From Pseudomonadota bacterium (GTDB taxonomy: Bacteria > Pseudomonadota > Alphaproteobacteria > Caulobacterales > Parvularculaceae), in assembly GCA_039814575.1 (NCBI GenBank), contig JBCCAY010000006.1, forward strand, positions 109,820-173,819: a stretch of DNA of 64,000 bases, in the 5' to 3' direction. Within the stretch, counting starts at the first letter, position 1. The number at the start of each line of letters is the position of its first letter. The position numbers and the translations under genes were made by a program. Below the pieces are notes generated by a model. The model did not search any database, had not been told where the DNA came from, and saw nothing but the letters and a program-made list of their open reading frames with translations. Below, one piece after another: positions 38,150 through 47,886 of this stretch.

Positions 38150-39367
38150 CTATTCGGCTGCGGCCTCTGCGACACGCGCGCCCGGAATGGCGTCAGCCAT
38201 CGCGGTATAGGCGTCAACGACTTTATCGATGTCATCCGGCGTATGGGCGGCGGAAACCGACAGACGCAACAACGACTCCGTCGACGGCGTTCCTGGCGGG
38301 ATCGCCATATTGACGTAAACGCCATGCTCAAGAAGGAAGTTCCAAGCCGCGAACGCCTGTTCTTGCTGTTTGAACAAGATCGAGACGACCGGCGCCGGAT
38401 CAGCGGCGAGGCGTAAGCCCAATTGCTTAAACGCCGCATGGAAACGATTGGCGTTCTCCCAGAGCTTCTTCTTAATGTCCGGGTTCGCCTTAATGGTATC
38501 AAGCGCTTTGTGCGTCGTCGCGATGTTCGCCGGCGTCGGCGACGCGGTGAACATATACGCGCGCGCAGAAAATCTTAGGAAGTCTAGCTCTTTGTGGTTC
38601 GAGGCGACAAAGCCGCCAACCGACGCTAAGCTTTTGGAGAACGTGCCGGAATAGAAGTCGATCTTATCCATCACGCCGTCGACTTCCGAGACGCCGCGGC
38701 CGTATTCACCATAAGTGCCGAAGGAATGGGCTTCGTCCACATAAATATACGCCCCATGGGCGTGGGCGACGTCGACAAACTCCTTCACCGGCGCGATGTC
38801 GCCATACATCGAGTACATGCCTTCAATGCAAACGAGCTTGCCCTTAACGCTCGGGTCAAGCCGGCCGAGGCGCTTATTCAGGCTTTCCGGGTCATTGTGA
38901 CGGAAACGGATCGTCTCCGCGCCGGATAATTGACAGCCGTCATAAATGCAGGCGTGGCAGTCGGCGTCGACGAGAACGACGTCTTCGCCAGGCTTGGCGA
39001 GACCGGCGATCGAACCAAGATTCGCCTGGTAGCCGGTCGAGAAAACGATGCACTGGTCGAGCCCCAGAAAATCAGCAAGATCATCTTCTAACGCTCTGTG
39101 GGCGGAATAAGTGCCGTTCGCAAAGCGCGAGCCAGTCGTGCCGGTGCCGCTTATCTCAAGCGCGTCCTGACCGGCTTTGATAGCGCCCTCATTGAACGTC
39201 ATGCCCATATAATTATGGGTGCCGGCGAGCACCGTTTCACGGCCTTTAATACGCGCGCGCGTGATGCTCAGCATTTCTTCCATCACGACCGTGAAAGGAT
39301 TACGGCCGGCCTCGGAAAGGCCGTTATACATGGTGGCCGTTTTCTCAAACTTGTCGAACAAACTCAT
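38150..39367 (-). CDS. spt: Serine palmitoyltransferase (alpha-oxoamine synthase family)
   Basis: Long collinear similarity to bacterial SPT as I recall it: NPFTVVME..., GTHNYMGMTF, GTTGSRFANGT, VFSTGYQANLG, IRFRHND...LNKRLGRL, YVDEAHSFG, the GTFSKS PLP-lysine motif, and LRLSVSAAHTP. Confidence 0.9.
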   Translation of the reverse strand: MSLFDKFEKTATMYNGLSEAGRNPFTVVMEEMLSITRARIKGRETVLAGTHNYMGMTFNEGAIKAGQDALEISGTGTTGSRFANGTYSAHRALEDDLADFLGLDQCIVFSTGYQANLGSIAGLAKPGEDVVLVDADCHACIYDGCQLSGAETIRFRHNDPESLNKRLGRLDPSVKGKLVCIEGMYSMYGDIAPVKEFVDVAHAHGAYIYVDEAHSFGTYGEYGRGVSEVDGVMDKIDFYSGTFSKSLASVGGFVASNHKELDFLRFSARAYMFTASPTPANIATTHKALDTIKANPDIKKKLWENANRFHAAFKQLGLRLAADPAPVVSILFKQQEQAFAAWNFLLEHGVYVNMAIPPGTPSTESLLRLSVSAAHTPDDIDKVVDAYTAMADAIPGARVAEAAAE

Positions 39368-39403
39368 GGCGAACCCCTATCGGCGCGTCTTTCTTAGAAG
39401 ACG

Positions 39404-39766
39404 TTAGGCCTGTTCTTTCTTAATGGCGTGGATGGCGTCGACGAGTTCGCCGATCGTGCGCGTCTCGGAAATCGTATTGACGGGAATTGAGATGTCGTAG
39501 CTGTCCTCAATCTCCATAACAACGTCGAGAATAGCGACGCTGTCGATTTCGAGATCCGCCACCAAATCCGTCTCGCGCGTCAGTTTCGCGCCGGTATCGT
39601 TAAGCGGCTCGATGAGCGTGCAAATCTTGTGATAGACGAGGTCATCGTCCCCTTGAACGCCAGCGGGCGTTTTATCGTCGTTCGGCATAAGCGCGTCTTT
39701 ATCTTTTTCGGCGGCTGTATTGACGATGCGGCGGCTTCCGCCGCTCGCAGCAATCGGGCCGCTCAT
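39404..39766 (-). CDS. Acyl carrier protein (dedicated, sphingolipid-cluster type)
   Basis: The phosphopantetheine site is LVADLEIDSVAILDVVMEIED (DS motif). The start at MSGPIA has GGAG 6 nt upstream. A shorter form starting at MPNDDK (39688) is also possible. Confidence 0.75.
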   Translation of the reverse strand: MSGPIAASGGSRRIVNTAAEKDKDALMPNDDKTPAGVQGDDDLVYHKICTLIEPLNDTGAKLTRETDLVADLEIDSVAILDVVMEIEDSYDISIPVNTISETRTIGELVDAIHAIKKEQA

Positions 39767-39786
39767 TCCGCGCTCCATAGAGAGCG

Positions 39787-40737
39787 CTACAGCGATCCCT
39801 CTTCTTGATACCAGCGGAGCGTTTTTGCAAATCCTTCCGCCAGTGACGTTGTCGCGGTCCAGCTCGTGTGGGCGCTTAGCAGATTATCGCGCGCGACCCA
39901 ATCGGGATGGAAAAACTCCGCCACCTTGCCGCGGCTGACAAAAGCGGCTTCGCCGCGCAAGCGCCCCCAGGCCTCCCCCATGAGGGCCTGCGCCTCCATC
40001 AAAAAACGCGGCGCGCGGAACGCCCATACCTTGCGGCCCATGGCGCCGGCGAGCGCCGCGCCGATGTCTCGCCAAGCATGGCCGTCGGGTTGATCGTCGC
40101 CGATCTCATAGACGTCGCCAGGCGGCGCTTCTTGGGCGGCGCAAATAATCGCAGCGGCCACGTCATCCACATGGAGAATGGAGGCACGGGCTGGAGACGG
40201 CGTCGCGGGCTCCGGCGCAATGCCGGCTTTGACCATTTTGAAGAGCGACAAGGTCGCCTGGTCGGCGGGCCCGTAAATCGCCGGCAAACGCAGTGATATC
40301 CACGGATTGTCGCCGCTACCGTCGCGCGCGGCGTCTTCGCTTAACCGCTTGGACTTGGCGTAAGGCGACACGGCGCTTTCGCGCGCCGCCATCGACGAGA
40401 TTTGCACGAAAAACGCGCCGGCTTCGGCGGCGGCTTTCGCTGCGCCAAGAGCGCCGTCAACATTGACGCGCTGGAAGTCGGCCGGCGTCAGCGCATGGGT
40501 GAGGCCGGCGCAATTGATCAAAACATCCGCGCCGGCAACGAGCCGTCGGAGGGCCTCATCGTCGCCAAGGCCGCCCGTAACGATATCTATACGGTCTTCG
40601 AACCCCATCAGCTTCGAGGGCGACCGCGCAAGGGCGGCGACGTCGATCCCCTTTTCGAGGGCCGCCGCGATGATGCGGCCGCCGACAAAACCAGTGCCGC
40701 CGGTCAAAGCGAGGCGTCGAATGGATCGCGTTGTCAT
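39787..40737 (-). CDS. NAD(P)-dependent epimerase/dehydratase-family SDR (candidate 3-keto-sphingoid/ceramide reductase CerR)
   Basis: N-terminal Rossmann LTGGTGFVGGRI and an extended-SDR layout. It lies directly upstream of the ACP and spt genes on the same strand. Confidence 0.78.
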   Translation of the reverse strand: MTTRSIRRLALTGGTGFVGGRIIAAALEKGIDVAALARSPSKLMGFEDRIDIVTGGLGDDEALRRLVAGADVLINCAGLTHALTPADFQRVNVDGALGAAKAAAEAGAFFVQISSMAARESAVSPYAKSKRLSEDAARDGSGDNPWISLRLPAIYGPADQATLSLFKMVKAGIAPEPATPSPARASILHVDDVAAAIICAAQEAPPGDVYEIGDDQPDGHAWRDIGAALAGAMGRKVWAFRAPRFLMEAQALMGEAWGRLRGEAAFVSRGKVAEFFHPDWVARDNLLSAHTSWTATTSLAEGFAKTLRWYQEEGSL

Positions 40738-40768
40738 AATGATAAAACGTCGTCGACGAAGCCGGGCG

Positions 40769-42133
40769 CTAGAAACTCAAGGCCGGCGCAAAACTGCGCG
40801 GCGCAGGATCGATCACCGCAATGCCGCCTGGTTGGATTTCAAGGATCGCAAGGCCGCGCTCAATGGTGCCGTTCTCGCGCAAACGAAAGAGACCGTCGGC
40901 GCCGAAATAGCCGTTTGGATCAGCGATCGCGTCGCGCCCAAAGCGCCCGCGCCGACGCGGGTTTTGCGCTAACCGCGCCGCCAGCAAGGTCGCGTCATAG
41001 CTGAGCGAGGCAACGCGCGGCGGCGTTTCCCCAAACGCCGCTTTATAACGCGTGCGGAAACCCTCGGAGATCGCCGGGTCCGGCGCCGCGAACCAACCGC
41101 CGCGCAGGGCCGGCTCCCGCACAAGACGCGGATTGTTCCAAGCCGAAACGCCGAGGAGTTTCACCTTCTCGATATTCACATTGTAATAGGGAAAAAGCGG
41201 CGCGAGGGCTCTTAGAAGCGTGCCTTGCTCGGGCACCAACACGGCCTGATAACCGCGCATATACCCCGCGTCATCGACACCGCCGTTTTTGTCGCCGTCA
41301 TAGCCGTGGCGTAACTCCACTGGCACGACATCGCGGGAATATTGCGCAAGGCGCTTGGCCGGTTCTCGCATGGCGTCGACGTCTTGCTCATAGCGCTCGG
41401 AATGAACGAGCGTGCCGCCGCGCTGGTAGATCGCGTCGGTGAACGCCGACGAGACCCGTTCGCCATAGGTGTTCGCCGGCGCAATCAGACCGAAGCGATC
41501 ACGTCCCGTCGTCACCGCATATTCCGTGACCCGTGCGATTTCATCTTCCGGCGGGAAGCTCAAAAGATAGACGCCCTCGCTAGCGAGCGCATTGTCGGAG
41601 GAGAACGCGATCACCGGCACGTTCGCGGCGCGGGTGACTTGCGACACGGCTTCGACCGACGGCGCATAAAGCGGCCCTAGAATAATCTCCGCGCCGTCGC
41701 CAAGCGCCGCACGCGCCGCGGCGGCCGCGCCTTCCGCCGTGCCTTTGGTGTCTTTCGGCAATAGCAAAAACCGTTGGCCGCCGGCTTCAAACGCCGCGAG
41801 CTGTGCGGCGTCAAACATCGCCGACGCGGCCCGCTGGGCGGCGACGCTCGAAGCGCTGAACGGCAGCAATAGCCCCACGCGCACCGGCTCTTCGCCTTGC
41901 ATATGCAACGGCTCAGCGAAGCCGCGACGGTCATAACGCCGGCGTTCGTCGCGATCACGGCCGGACGGGCGCGCATCACGATCATAAGGCTCAGCGGCGC
42001 CGGGCCCGCGATCATCAGCGATGACCGGTCCGCCCGACGGTCCAGAGGAACAGGCGGCGACGGCCAAAGCGGCGAGCGCTATCGCGCACCGCGTCAATCC
42101 CTTGCCGAGCATCCGTTTCGTGATCAGCGCCAT
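40769..42133 (-). CDS. Penicillin-binding protein activator-like lipoprotein (LpoA-type, periplasmic-binding-protein type 1 fold)
   Basis: The lipobox is ALAALAVAAC|SSG. The body resembles a Leu/Ile/Val-binding-protein fold. It is divergent from rsmI-yraN, as lpoA (yraM) is in E. coli. The start at MALITK has GAAGGAG 10 nt upstream. Confidence 0.7.
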   Translation of the reverse strand: MALITKRMLGKGLTRCAIALAALAVAACSSGPSGGPVIADDRGPGAAEPYDRDARPSGRDRDERRRYDRRGFAEPLHMQGEEPVRVGLLLPFSASSVAAQRAASAMFDAAQLAAFEAGGQRFLLLPKDTKGTAEGAAAAARAALGDGAEIILGPLYAPSVEAVSQVTRAANVPVIAFSSDNALASEGVYLLSFPPEDEIARVTEYAVTTGRDRFGLIAPANTYGERVSSAFTDAIYQRGGTLVHSERYEQDVDAMREPAKRLAQYSRDVVPVELRHGYDGDKNGGVDDAGYMRGYQAVLVPEQGTLLRALAPLFPYYNVNIEKVKLLGVSAWNNPRLVREPALRGGWFAAPDPAISEGFRTRYKAAFGETPPRVASLSYDATLLAARLAQNPRRRGRFGRDAIADPNGYFGADGLFRLRENGTIERGLAILEIQPGGIAVIDPAPRSFAPALSF

Positions 42134-42374
42134 GCCCCTTAGGCTCCTTCGTCCATGAAATCCCCGGCGCTGCGGCATTTCCCGCCAAGCGCCTTTCGCC
42201 GCGCCACCGTAGCCGCGCCCCCTTTAGGGGTAAACCGTTTGCGCGTTACCATTTCGATGAGGAGAATTCGACCGCCAGAACCGGCGATTTCCATGGCCGG
42301 GAAACGATCTTTTTGCGGCACATGGAAAATCAGAAACTTTGTCGCGCCCCATACAAAGCGCTAAGCACCCTCTC

Positions 42375-43295
42375 ATGAAAGATGCGCCCGCCTCTGCACC
42401 CGCCTCTGCAAATGAAAAGAACGATCTCCCGAGCCAGGCGTTAGCGCCGGGGCTCTATGTCGCCGCGACGCCGATCGGCAATCTTGGCGACGCCAGCTTC
42501 CGGCTCATCGACACCATGAAACGCGCGGACGCGGTTCTTTGCGAAGACACGCGGCACACGGCGAAACTGTGCGCCGCTTATGGCGTAACAACGCCGCGTC
42601 GGCCCTATCATGAGCACAACGCCGCCAGCGTCCGCCCGCAATTGATTGAGGACTTAAAAAACGGCGCTTGTTATTGCCTTGTCAGCGACGCTGGGACACC
42701 GCTCATCGCCGACCCCGGTTATAAACTCGTCGCTGAAGCTCGCGACGCCGGGATCGACGTATTCACGCTTCCCGGCCCTTCCGCCGCGATCGCCGCGCTG
42801 TCGATCAGCGGTCTGCCCACGGACCGTTTTCTGTTCGCTGGCTTCCCGCCGGCGAAATCGGGCGCGCGCAAGCGGTTTTTCGACGATCTGGCAAAAATCG
42901 ACGCGACCCTAGTTTTTTACGAAGCGCCCGGACGCCTCGCCGACTCGCTAGACGCCATGGCGACGGCCTTCAAAGGACGCACGGCAGCAATCGCGCGCGA
43001 GCTCACCAAGCGCCACGAAACGCTTATCAACGGCCCCATTGAAACGCTTGCGGAAACGTTCCGAAGCCAAAACACCAAAGGTGAAATCGTCGTTTTAATC
43101 GGGCCACCAGCCGCCCCGACAACCGTCTCCGAAAGTGATCTCGACGCCTTTCTGGAGGACGCCCTGACGGCCATGTCCGTCCGCGACGCCGCCGCCGCCG
43201 CGGCGGATGCGCTTGGCGTCGCCAAGAAAGAGGCCTATCGGCGCGCCGTCGCATTGGCTGCAGCGCGCGCAAAGGCGCGTAAAGAAACTCCGTGA
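42375..43295 (+). CDS. rsmI: 16S rRNA (cytidine1402-2'-O)-methyltransferase
   Basis: LYVAATPIGNLGDASFR..., LCEDTRHT, SDAGTPLIADPGYKLV, and ARELTKRHE are canonical RsmI (tetrapyrrole-methylase fold) motifs. Confidence 0.92.
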   Translation: MKDAPASAPASANEKNDLPSQALAPGLYVAATPIGNLGDASFRLIDTMKRADAVLCEDTRHTAKLCAAYGVTTPRRPYHEHNAASVRPQLIEDLKNGACYCLVSDAGTPLIADPGYKLVAEARDAGIDVFTLPGPSAAIAALSISGLPTDRFLFAGFPPAKSGARKRFFDDLAKIDATLVFYEAPGRLADSLDAMATAFKGRTAAIARELTKRHETLINGPIETLAETFRSQNTKGEIVVLIGPPAAPTTVSESDLDAFLEDALTAMSVRDAAAAAADALGVAKKEAYRRAVALAAARAKARKETP

Positions 43296-43678
43296 GTAAG
43301 CCCCGTCCCAACGTTCGCAAAAACGCTCGCCGCGCAGCCGAACGCAAAGGCCGCATCGCTGAATGGGTCGCCGCGATGCGTTACGCCCTTGGTGGAACGC
43401 GCATCCTCGCCAGACGCTTTCGCGCCTATGGCGGTGAAGCGGACATCATCGCCTTCAAGAACGACGTATTGATCATCGTGGAAGTGAAACGCCGCGCCAC
43501 CATCGACGCTGCGATCGAAGCGGTCACACCCTCGGCGCGCCGCCGCATTGAACGCGCCGGCGCGGCGTTCCGCGCCAGTCGCCCCGCTTACGCGGAGTGC
43601 GGCGTGCGCTATGACATTGCAGCGCTTGCGCCTCGCCGCTTGGTTCTTGTGAAAGACGCCTGGCGCGACGGCGAATAG
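43292..43678 (+). CDS. yraN: YraN family endonuclease-like protein (UPF0102)
   Basis: GRIAEWVAAMRYALGGTRILARRFRAYGGEADIIAF...LIIVEVKRR is the UPF0102 pattern. Its GTG start overlaps the rsmI stop (GTGA). Confidence 0.85.
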   Translation: MSKPRPNVRKNARRAAERKGRIAEWVAAMRYALGGTRILARRFRAYGGEADIIAFKNDVLIIVEVKRRATIDAAIEAVTPSARRRIERAGAAFRASRPAYAECGVRYDIAALAPRRLVLVKDAWRDGE

Positions 43679-43791
43679 CGACGCCCCGCGCGCGACCTTC
43701 TCTGCTGCGCTTATCGCCGCGCGTTAACCCTTCCTTAACCGACGTAAACGTTTCTTAACGTATTGAATTCGCCAACGCGTCGGTGACCCTT

Positions 43792-44379
43792 ATGAAGCCT
43801 GTCCTCGCCCTCTTCTGCGCCATCCTCCTCGCCAGCGCCGCCGGATGCGGCCAAAGCCGATCCCTTGGCGCGGCGTTCGGCGATATGGACGCCGATCATT
43901 CGCTGAAATCGCATCTCCTCTCCGATGGGGACGGCGACTATAGCGACATCGACATCACCATCTTCGAAGGTCGTTTGATGCTCACCGGCACAATGCCCGA
44001 CGAACCAAGCCGCGCCCGACTTATTCAAACGGCCTGGCAGGTCGAAGGCGTCAAAGAAATCATCGACGAAATCATCGTCGGCGACGACACGAGCTTCGGA
44101 CAGGGCTTTGCCGACAGCCGCATCGATGCGGCGATCCGCAGCAAGTTGATCACCGATGGCGAAATCCGCTCCGGCGACGTAAAAATCGCCGTTTCCAACG
44201 GCGTCGCTTATCTCATCGGCGTCGCTCGGAACGAAGCCGCGCTCGGCCGAATCGTCGGCCACGCCCGCACCACCGGCGGGGTCGCCAAAGTCGTCAGCCA
44301 TGTGGTCTATATGGACGAGCCGACCTGGTCCCTGTATGGGGGACCGCGGGTTGATCAATATGCGCGCGCGCGCAGCTAG
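43792..44379 (+). CDS. BON-domain lipoprotein (DolP/YraP-like)
   Basis: The lipobox is LLASAAGC|GQ, and there are two BON-like modules (...IDITIFEGRLMLTGTMPD...; ...VKIAVSNGVAYLIGVARNE...). Confidence 0.82.
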   Translation: MKPVLALFCAILLASAAGCGQSRSLGAAFGDMDADHSLKSHLLSDGDGDYSDIDITIFEGRLMLTGTMPDEPSRARLIQTAWQVEGVKEIIDEIIVGDDTSFGQGFADSRIDAAIRSKLITDGEIRSGDVKIAVSNGVAYLIGVARNEAALGRIVGHARTTGGVAKVVSHVVYMDEPTWSLYGGPRVDQYARARS

Positions 44380-44434
44380 TCCCGGCGTCCTTTCGCGTTT
44401 TTAAAAGGACGCCCCTCAAGCGTTCTTTGCCGTC

Positions 44435-45397
44435 ATGTCCCTAAAAATCGCCATCCAAATGGACCCGATCGAACGGGTCGACGTCCACGCCGACACCACC
44501 TTCGATCTCGCCTTAGAAGCCGCCGGGCGCGGCGCAGAAATTTGGGTCTATGGCCCGGACCAACTGCGCCTGACGACCGATCTCAAAAGCGGGCGTCCGC
44601 GCATCGAAGCGCGCGCGCAAAAAATCAACCGTATTGAGCGCGATCAAGAAAACGCCGTCGATCTCGCAGCGCCGTCGCCGATTGACCTGACGGAAATGGA
44701 CGTCGTCCTAATCCGCCAAGACCCGCCCTTCAATATGGCCTATATCACGGCGGCGCAGCTCTTGGAGCAATTGCCGGAGCGCATCCTTGTTTTGAACAAT
44801 CCACGGTCAATCCGCGATGCGCCGGAAAAACTCTTTGTCCTGAATTTTCCTGATTTAACGCCGCCGACGCTTATCACGCGCGATCCAGAGGCGATGGCGG
44901 AATTTCGCAAAGAACACGGCGACGTCATCGTTAAGCCTTTGTACGGCAATGGCGGCGCGGGCGTTTTTAAAATCACGGGCGATGACGGCAATTTCAACTC
45001 GCTCATCGAGATGTTTACGGAGGTTTTTGAAGAACCTTCGATCGTTCAAAAATTCCTGCCCGCGGTCACCAAAGGCGATAAACGCATCATTTTGTTAGAC
45101 GGCGAAGCGGTCGGGGCTATTAATCGTGTCCCGGCGGCTGGCGAGACCCGCTCCAACATGCATGTCGGCGGACGGGCCGAGGCCGTGGAGATGACCGCCC
45201 GCGACCAACAAATCTGCGACCGCATCGGCCCTATTTTGTCAGAGAAAGGGTTAATCTTTGTAGGGATAGACGTCATTGGCGACTATCTCACAGAGATCAA
45301 CGTCACCTCGCCGACCGGCGTGCAGGAAGTGCGTCGGTTCGGCGGCGCCGACATCTCCGCGCTCCTGTGGGATTGGGTCGAGGGACGGCGCGCGTGA
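44435..45397 (+). CDS. gshB: Glutathione synthetase (ATP-grasp)
   Basis: KIAIQMDPIE..., IRQDPPFNMAYITA, VIVKPLYGNGGAGVF, GDKRIILLDGE, and NVTSPTG are canonical prokaryotic GshB motifs. Confidence 0.95.
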   Translation: MSLKIAIQMDPIERVDVHADTTFDLALEAAGRGAEIWVYGPDQLRLTTDLKSGRPRIEARAQKINRIERDQENAVDLAAPSPIDLTEMDVVLIRQDPPFNMAYITAAQLLEQLPERILVLNNPRSIRDAPEKLFVLNFPDLTPPTLITRDPEAMAEFRKEHGDVIVKPLYGNGGAGVFKITGDDGNFNSLIEMFTEVFEEPSIVQKFLPAVTKGDKRIILLDGEAVGAINRVPAAGETRSNMHVGGRAEAVEMTARDQQICDRIGPILSEKGLIFVGIDVIGDYLTEINVTSPTGVQEVRRFGGADISALLWDWVEGRRA

Positions 45398-46590
45398 TGA
45401 CGGAAGCCACCGCAGCCGCCGCGGGCCATGATGAGCCGCTGCGTGTAGCGCTGTTCTCCGGCAATTATAATTATGTCGTGGACGGTCCTGTCCGGGCGCT
45501 GAACACACTTGTCGCGCACCTGGAAAAACGAGGGCACGCCGTTTTAGTCTTTGCCCCAACCATAAAAGACCCGCCCTTCCAACATTCCGGCGAGCTTGTC
45601 TCAATTCCGTCAACAGCGCTGCCAGGCTCGCGCAGCGAATACCGCCTTGGCTTTGGGCTTTTTGGCGACGCCAAACGCCGGCTCGACGCGTTCAAGCCGT
45701 CCCTCATTCACATTGCTGCGCCGGACATAACGGGCTTGCATGCTCTGAAGTATGCGGAAAAACGCAAGGTAACGCCGGTGGCCTCGTTCCATACGCGCTT
45801 CGACACTTACCCGCGCTATTACGGCGCGAAATGGCTTGAGAAACATCTCACCAATTACATGCGCAATTTCTATGGGCGCTGCCGGCACGTCTACGCACCC
45901 TCTGAATCAATGCGCGAAGAGCTTTCGCGCGACGGCATCGGCAAAGACGTGCGCATCTGGACGCGCGGCGTCGACAGCGCGCTTTTTTCTCCGACAAAGC
46001 GCGACATGGACTGGCGGCGCGCGAACGGCGTCAAAGACGACGACGTTCTCATTGCTTTTGTCGGCCGCGTCGTCCTGGAAAAGGGCATCGACGTTTTCGC
46101 TGAAGCATTGCAGCAGGCGGCGGTCGATAACAAAAAAGTGAAGGGCCTCATCGTTGGTGAAGGGCCCGAACGCGCGCGCTTCGAAGAAAAACTCCCGAGC
46201 GCGGTTTTCACCGGTTATCAGCAGGGTGAAGAACTTGCCCGCGCCTATGCGAGCGCTGACGTTTTCTTCAATCCGAGCGTCACCGAAACGTTTGGCAATG
46301 TGACGCTTGAGGCCATGGCGTGCGGCCTGCCGTCTGTCGCCGTCGCCGCGGCCGGCAGCCGCTCTTTGGTCGAGGACGGCGAAACAGGCCTACTTGCGCC
46401 GCTGGAAAGCGATCTCGGCGCCCGCGCCGCGGCGTATGCTGAAAAGTTGCGCACGCTGGCGAACGATCCCGATATGCGTGCGCGGATGGCGACAGCGGCG
46501 CGCACGAAAGCGCTCGGATTTAATTGGGACGCCGTCCTTGACGCGCTGATCAGCAATTACCGACTTGCAATAGCGGAGAACAAAATTTGA
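45397..46590 (+). CDS. Glycosyltransferase family 4 (GT-B, Glyco_trans_4 + Glycos_transf_1)
   Basis: LRVALFSGNYNYVVDGPVRALNTLVAHLEKRGH... at the N-terminus and the E-x7-E-type C-terminal half PSVTETFGNVTLEAMACGLP. Its ATG overlaps the gshB stop (TGATG). Confidence 0.85.
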   Translation: MTEATAAAAGHDEPLRVALFSGNYNYVVDGPVRALNTLVAHLEKRGHAVLVFAPTIKDPPFQHSGELVSIPSTALPGSRSEYRLGFGLFGDAKRRLDAFKPSLIHIAAPDITGLHALKYAEKRKVTPVASFHTRFDTYPRYYGAKWLEKHLTNYMRNFYGRCRHVYAPSESMREELSRDGIGKDVRIWTRGVDSALFSPTKRDMDWRRANGVKDDDVLIAFVGRVVLEKGIDVFAEALQQAAVDNKKVKGLIVGEGPERARFEEKLPSAVFTGYQQGEELARAYASADVFFNPSVTETFGNVTLEAMACGLPSVAVAAAGSRSLVEDGETGLLAPLESDLGARAAAYAEKLRTLANDPDMRARMATAARTKALGFNWDAVLDALISNYRLAIAENKI

Positions 46591-46692
46591 TGAGGATGCT
46601 GCCGATCGGGTTTTCATCTCACTCAAAAAACTCTTATCGTTTGCAACGTACTGTTCTGCGGGGGAGATCGCCGGCGGGGCTCGGGGCAAAAG

Positions 46693-47886
46693 ATGAAACT
46701 GGTTGATATCTCCGAATTCTTTAGTGACTTCGGCGGCGGCGTTCGCACTTATGTGCATCAAAAACTAGAAGCCTGCGCAGAGGCCGGCGTCGAGGCGACG
46801 ATTATTGCGCCCGGACCGGCGGATCGCAGGGAGACCCGGCATGGCGGCGAAGTCATATGGGTGCGCTCCCCGGCGCTCGCTTTCGACCACCGCTATCATC
46901 TTTTTTCGCGGTCAAAGCCCGTTCACGATCTCCTAGACGAGATTAAGCCCGATATTGTTGAAGGCTCGTCCACCTGGAAAGGCGCTTGGATCGCCGGAGA
47001 TTGGCAAGGCCCTGCGGCGGAACGCGCCGCCCGGTCGCTGTTTCTTCATCAAGACCCGGTGGCGGTTTATCCCCATTCCCTCCTAAGCCCGCGCATCGAT
47101 GAAACCCGGCTTGACCAACTTTGCTTTTGGTTCTGGGCCTATATGCGCCGGCTTGCGAAGAGTTTCGGATCGGTGGTCGTCGCCAGCGAATGGTTCGCCG
47201 CTCGTCTGAAAGCCCATCGGGTCGGCAAACCGTCCGTGATCCCGCTTGGCGTCGAAAAAACAACCTTCTCACCAAAACTGAGAAATGAAATCGTTCGCCG
47301 GCAAATGCTCGCAGAGTGCGGCGTCAACGATCCCGACGCCGTCCTATTTATTGCGGTCAGCCGCCATCATCCAGAAAAACGCCTCGGCATGATGATCGAC
47401 GCGTTTCAACTCTATTCGCAAAACAACGCCGCCGGCCTCGTCATTATCGGAGACGGCCCAGCATGGCGCACGATCCATAAACGCGCCGCGGCGTGCCCCG
47501 GCGTTAAAATCGCGGGCCAAATCGGCGACCGCGAGGATCTCGCCACGCGCATTGCAAGCGCCGATTATTTTGTCCATGGCGGCGCTGCGGAAACCTTCGG
47601 GCTCGTGATCGCCGAGGCGCTAAGCGCTGGCTTGCCGTTCGTCGCGCCGCATATCGGCGGCGCTGCGGATTTCGCGCATCCGGCTTATTCCGAAACGTAC
47701 CGCGCCGGCGACGCCGCCGCCTGCGCCGACGCGATGGCGCGCATTACAGGGCGCGACCGCCAGGAATTGGCGATCGCGGCAAGGGCGGGCGGCAACCGGG
47801 TCAACACGCCAAGCGACCATTTCGACGTGCTGATCGCCCATTATGAACAACTCATTCTTGAGCAAAGGCTACGGATTGCCGCGTAG
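46693..47886 (+). CDS. Glycosyltransferase family 4 (second, paralogous GT-B enzyme)
   Basis: MKLVDISEFFSDFGGGVRTYV... at the N-terminus and the C-terminal GAAETFGLVIAEALSAGLPFV motif. Confidence 0.82.
   Translation: MKLVDISEFFSDFGGGVRTYVHQKLEACAEAGVEATIIAPGPADRRETRHGGEVIWVRSPALAFDHRYHLFSRSKPVHDLLDEIKPDIVEGSSTWKGAWIAGDWQGPAAERAARSLFLHQDPVAVYPHSLLSPRIDETRLDQLCFWFWAYMRRLAKSFGSVVVASEWFAARLKAHRVGKPSVIPLGVEKTTFSPKLRNEIVRRQMLAECGVNDPDAVLFIAVSRHHPEKRLGMMIDAFQLYSQNNAAGLVIIGDGPAWRTIHKRAAACPGVKIAGQIGDREDLATRIASADYFVHGGAAETFGLVIAEALSAGLPFVAPHIGGAADFAHPAYSETYRAGDAAACADAMARITGRDRQELAIAARAGGNRVNTPSDHFDVLIAHYEQLILEQRLRIAA

Noticed and set aside
43735-44358. 207-aa ORF antisense to the BON-domain lipoprotein gene.
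   Set aside because: The plus-strand product has a lipobox and two BON modules. The antisense product has no recognisable features.
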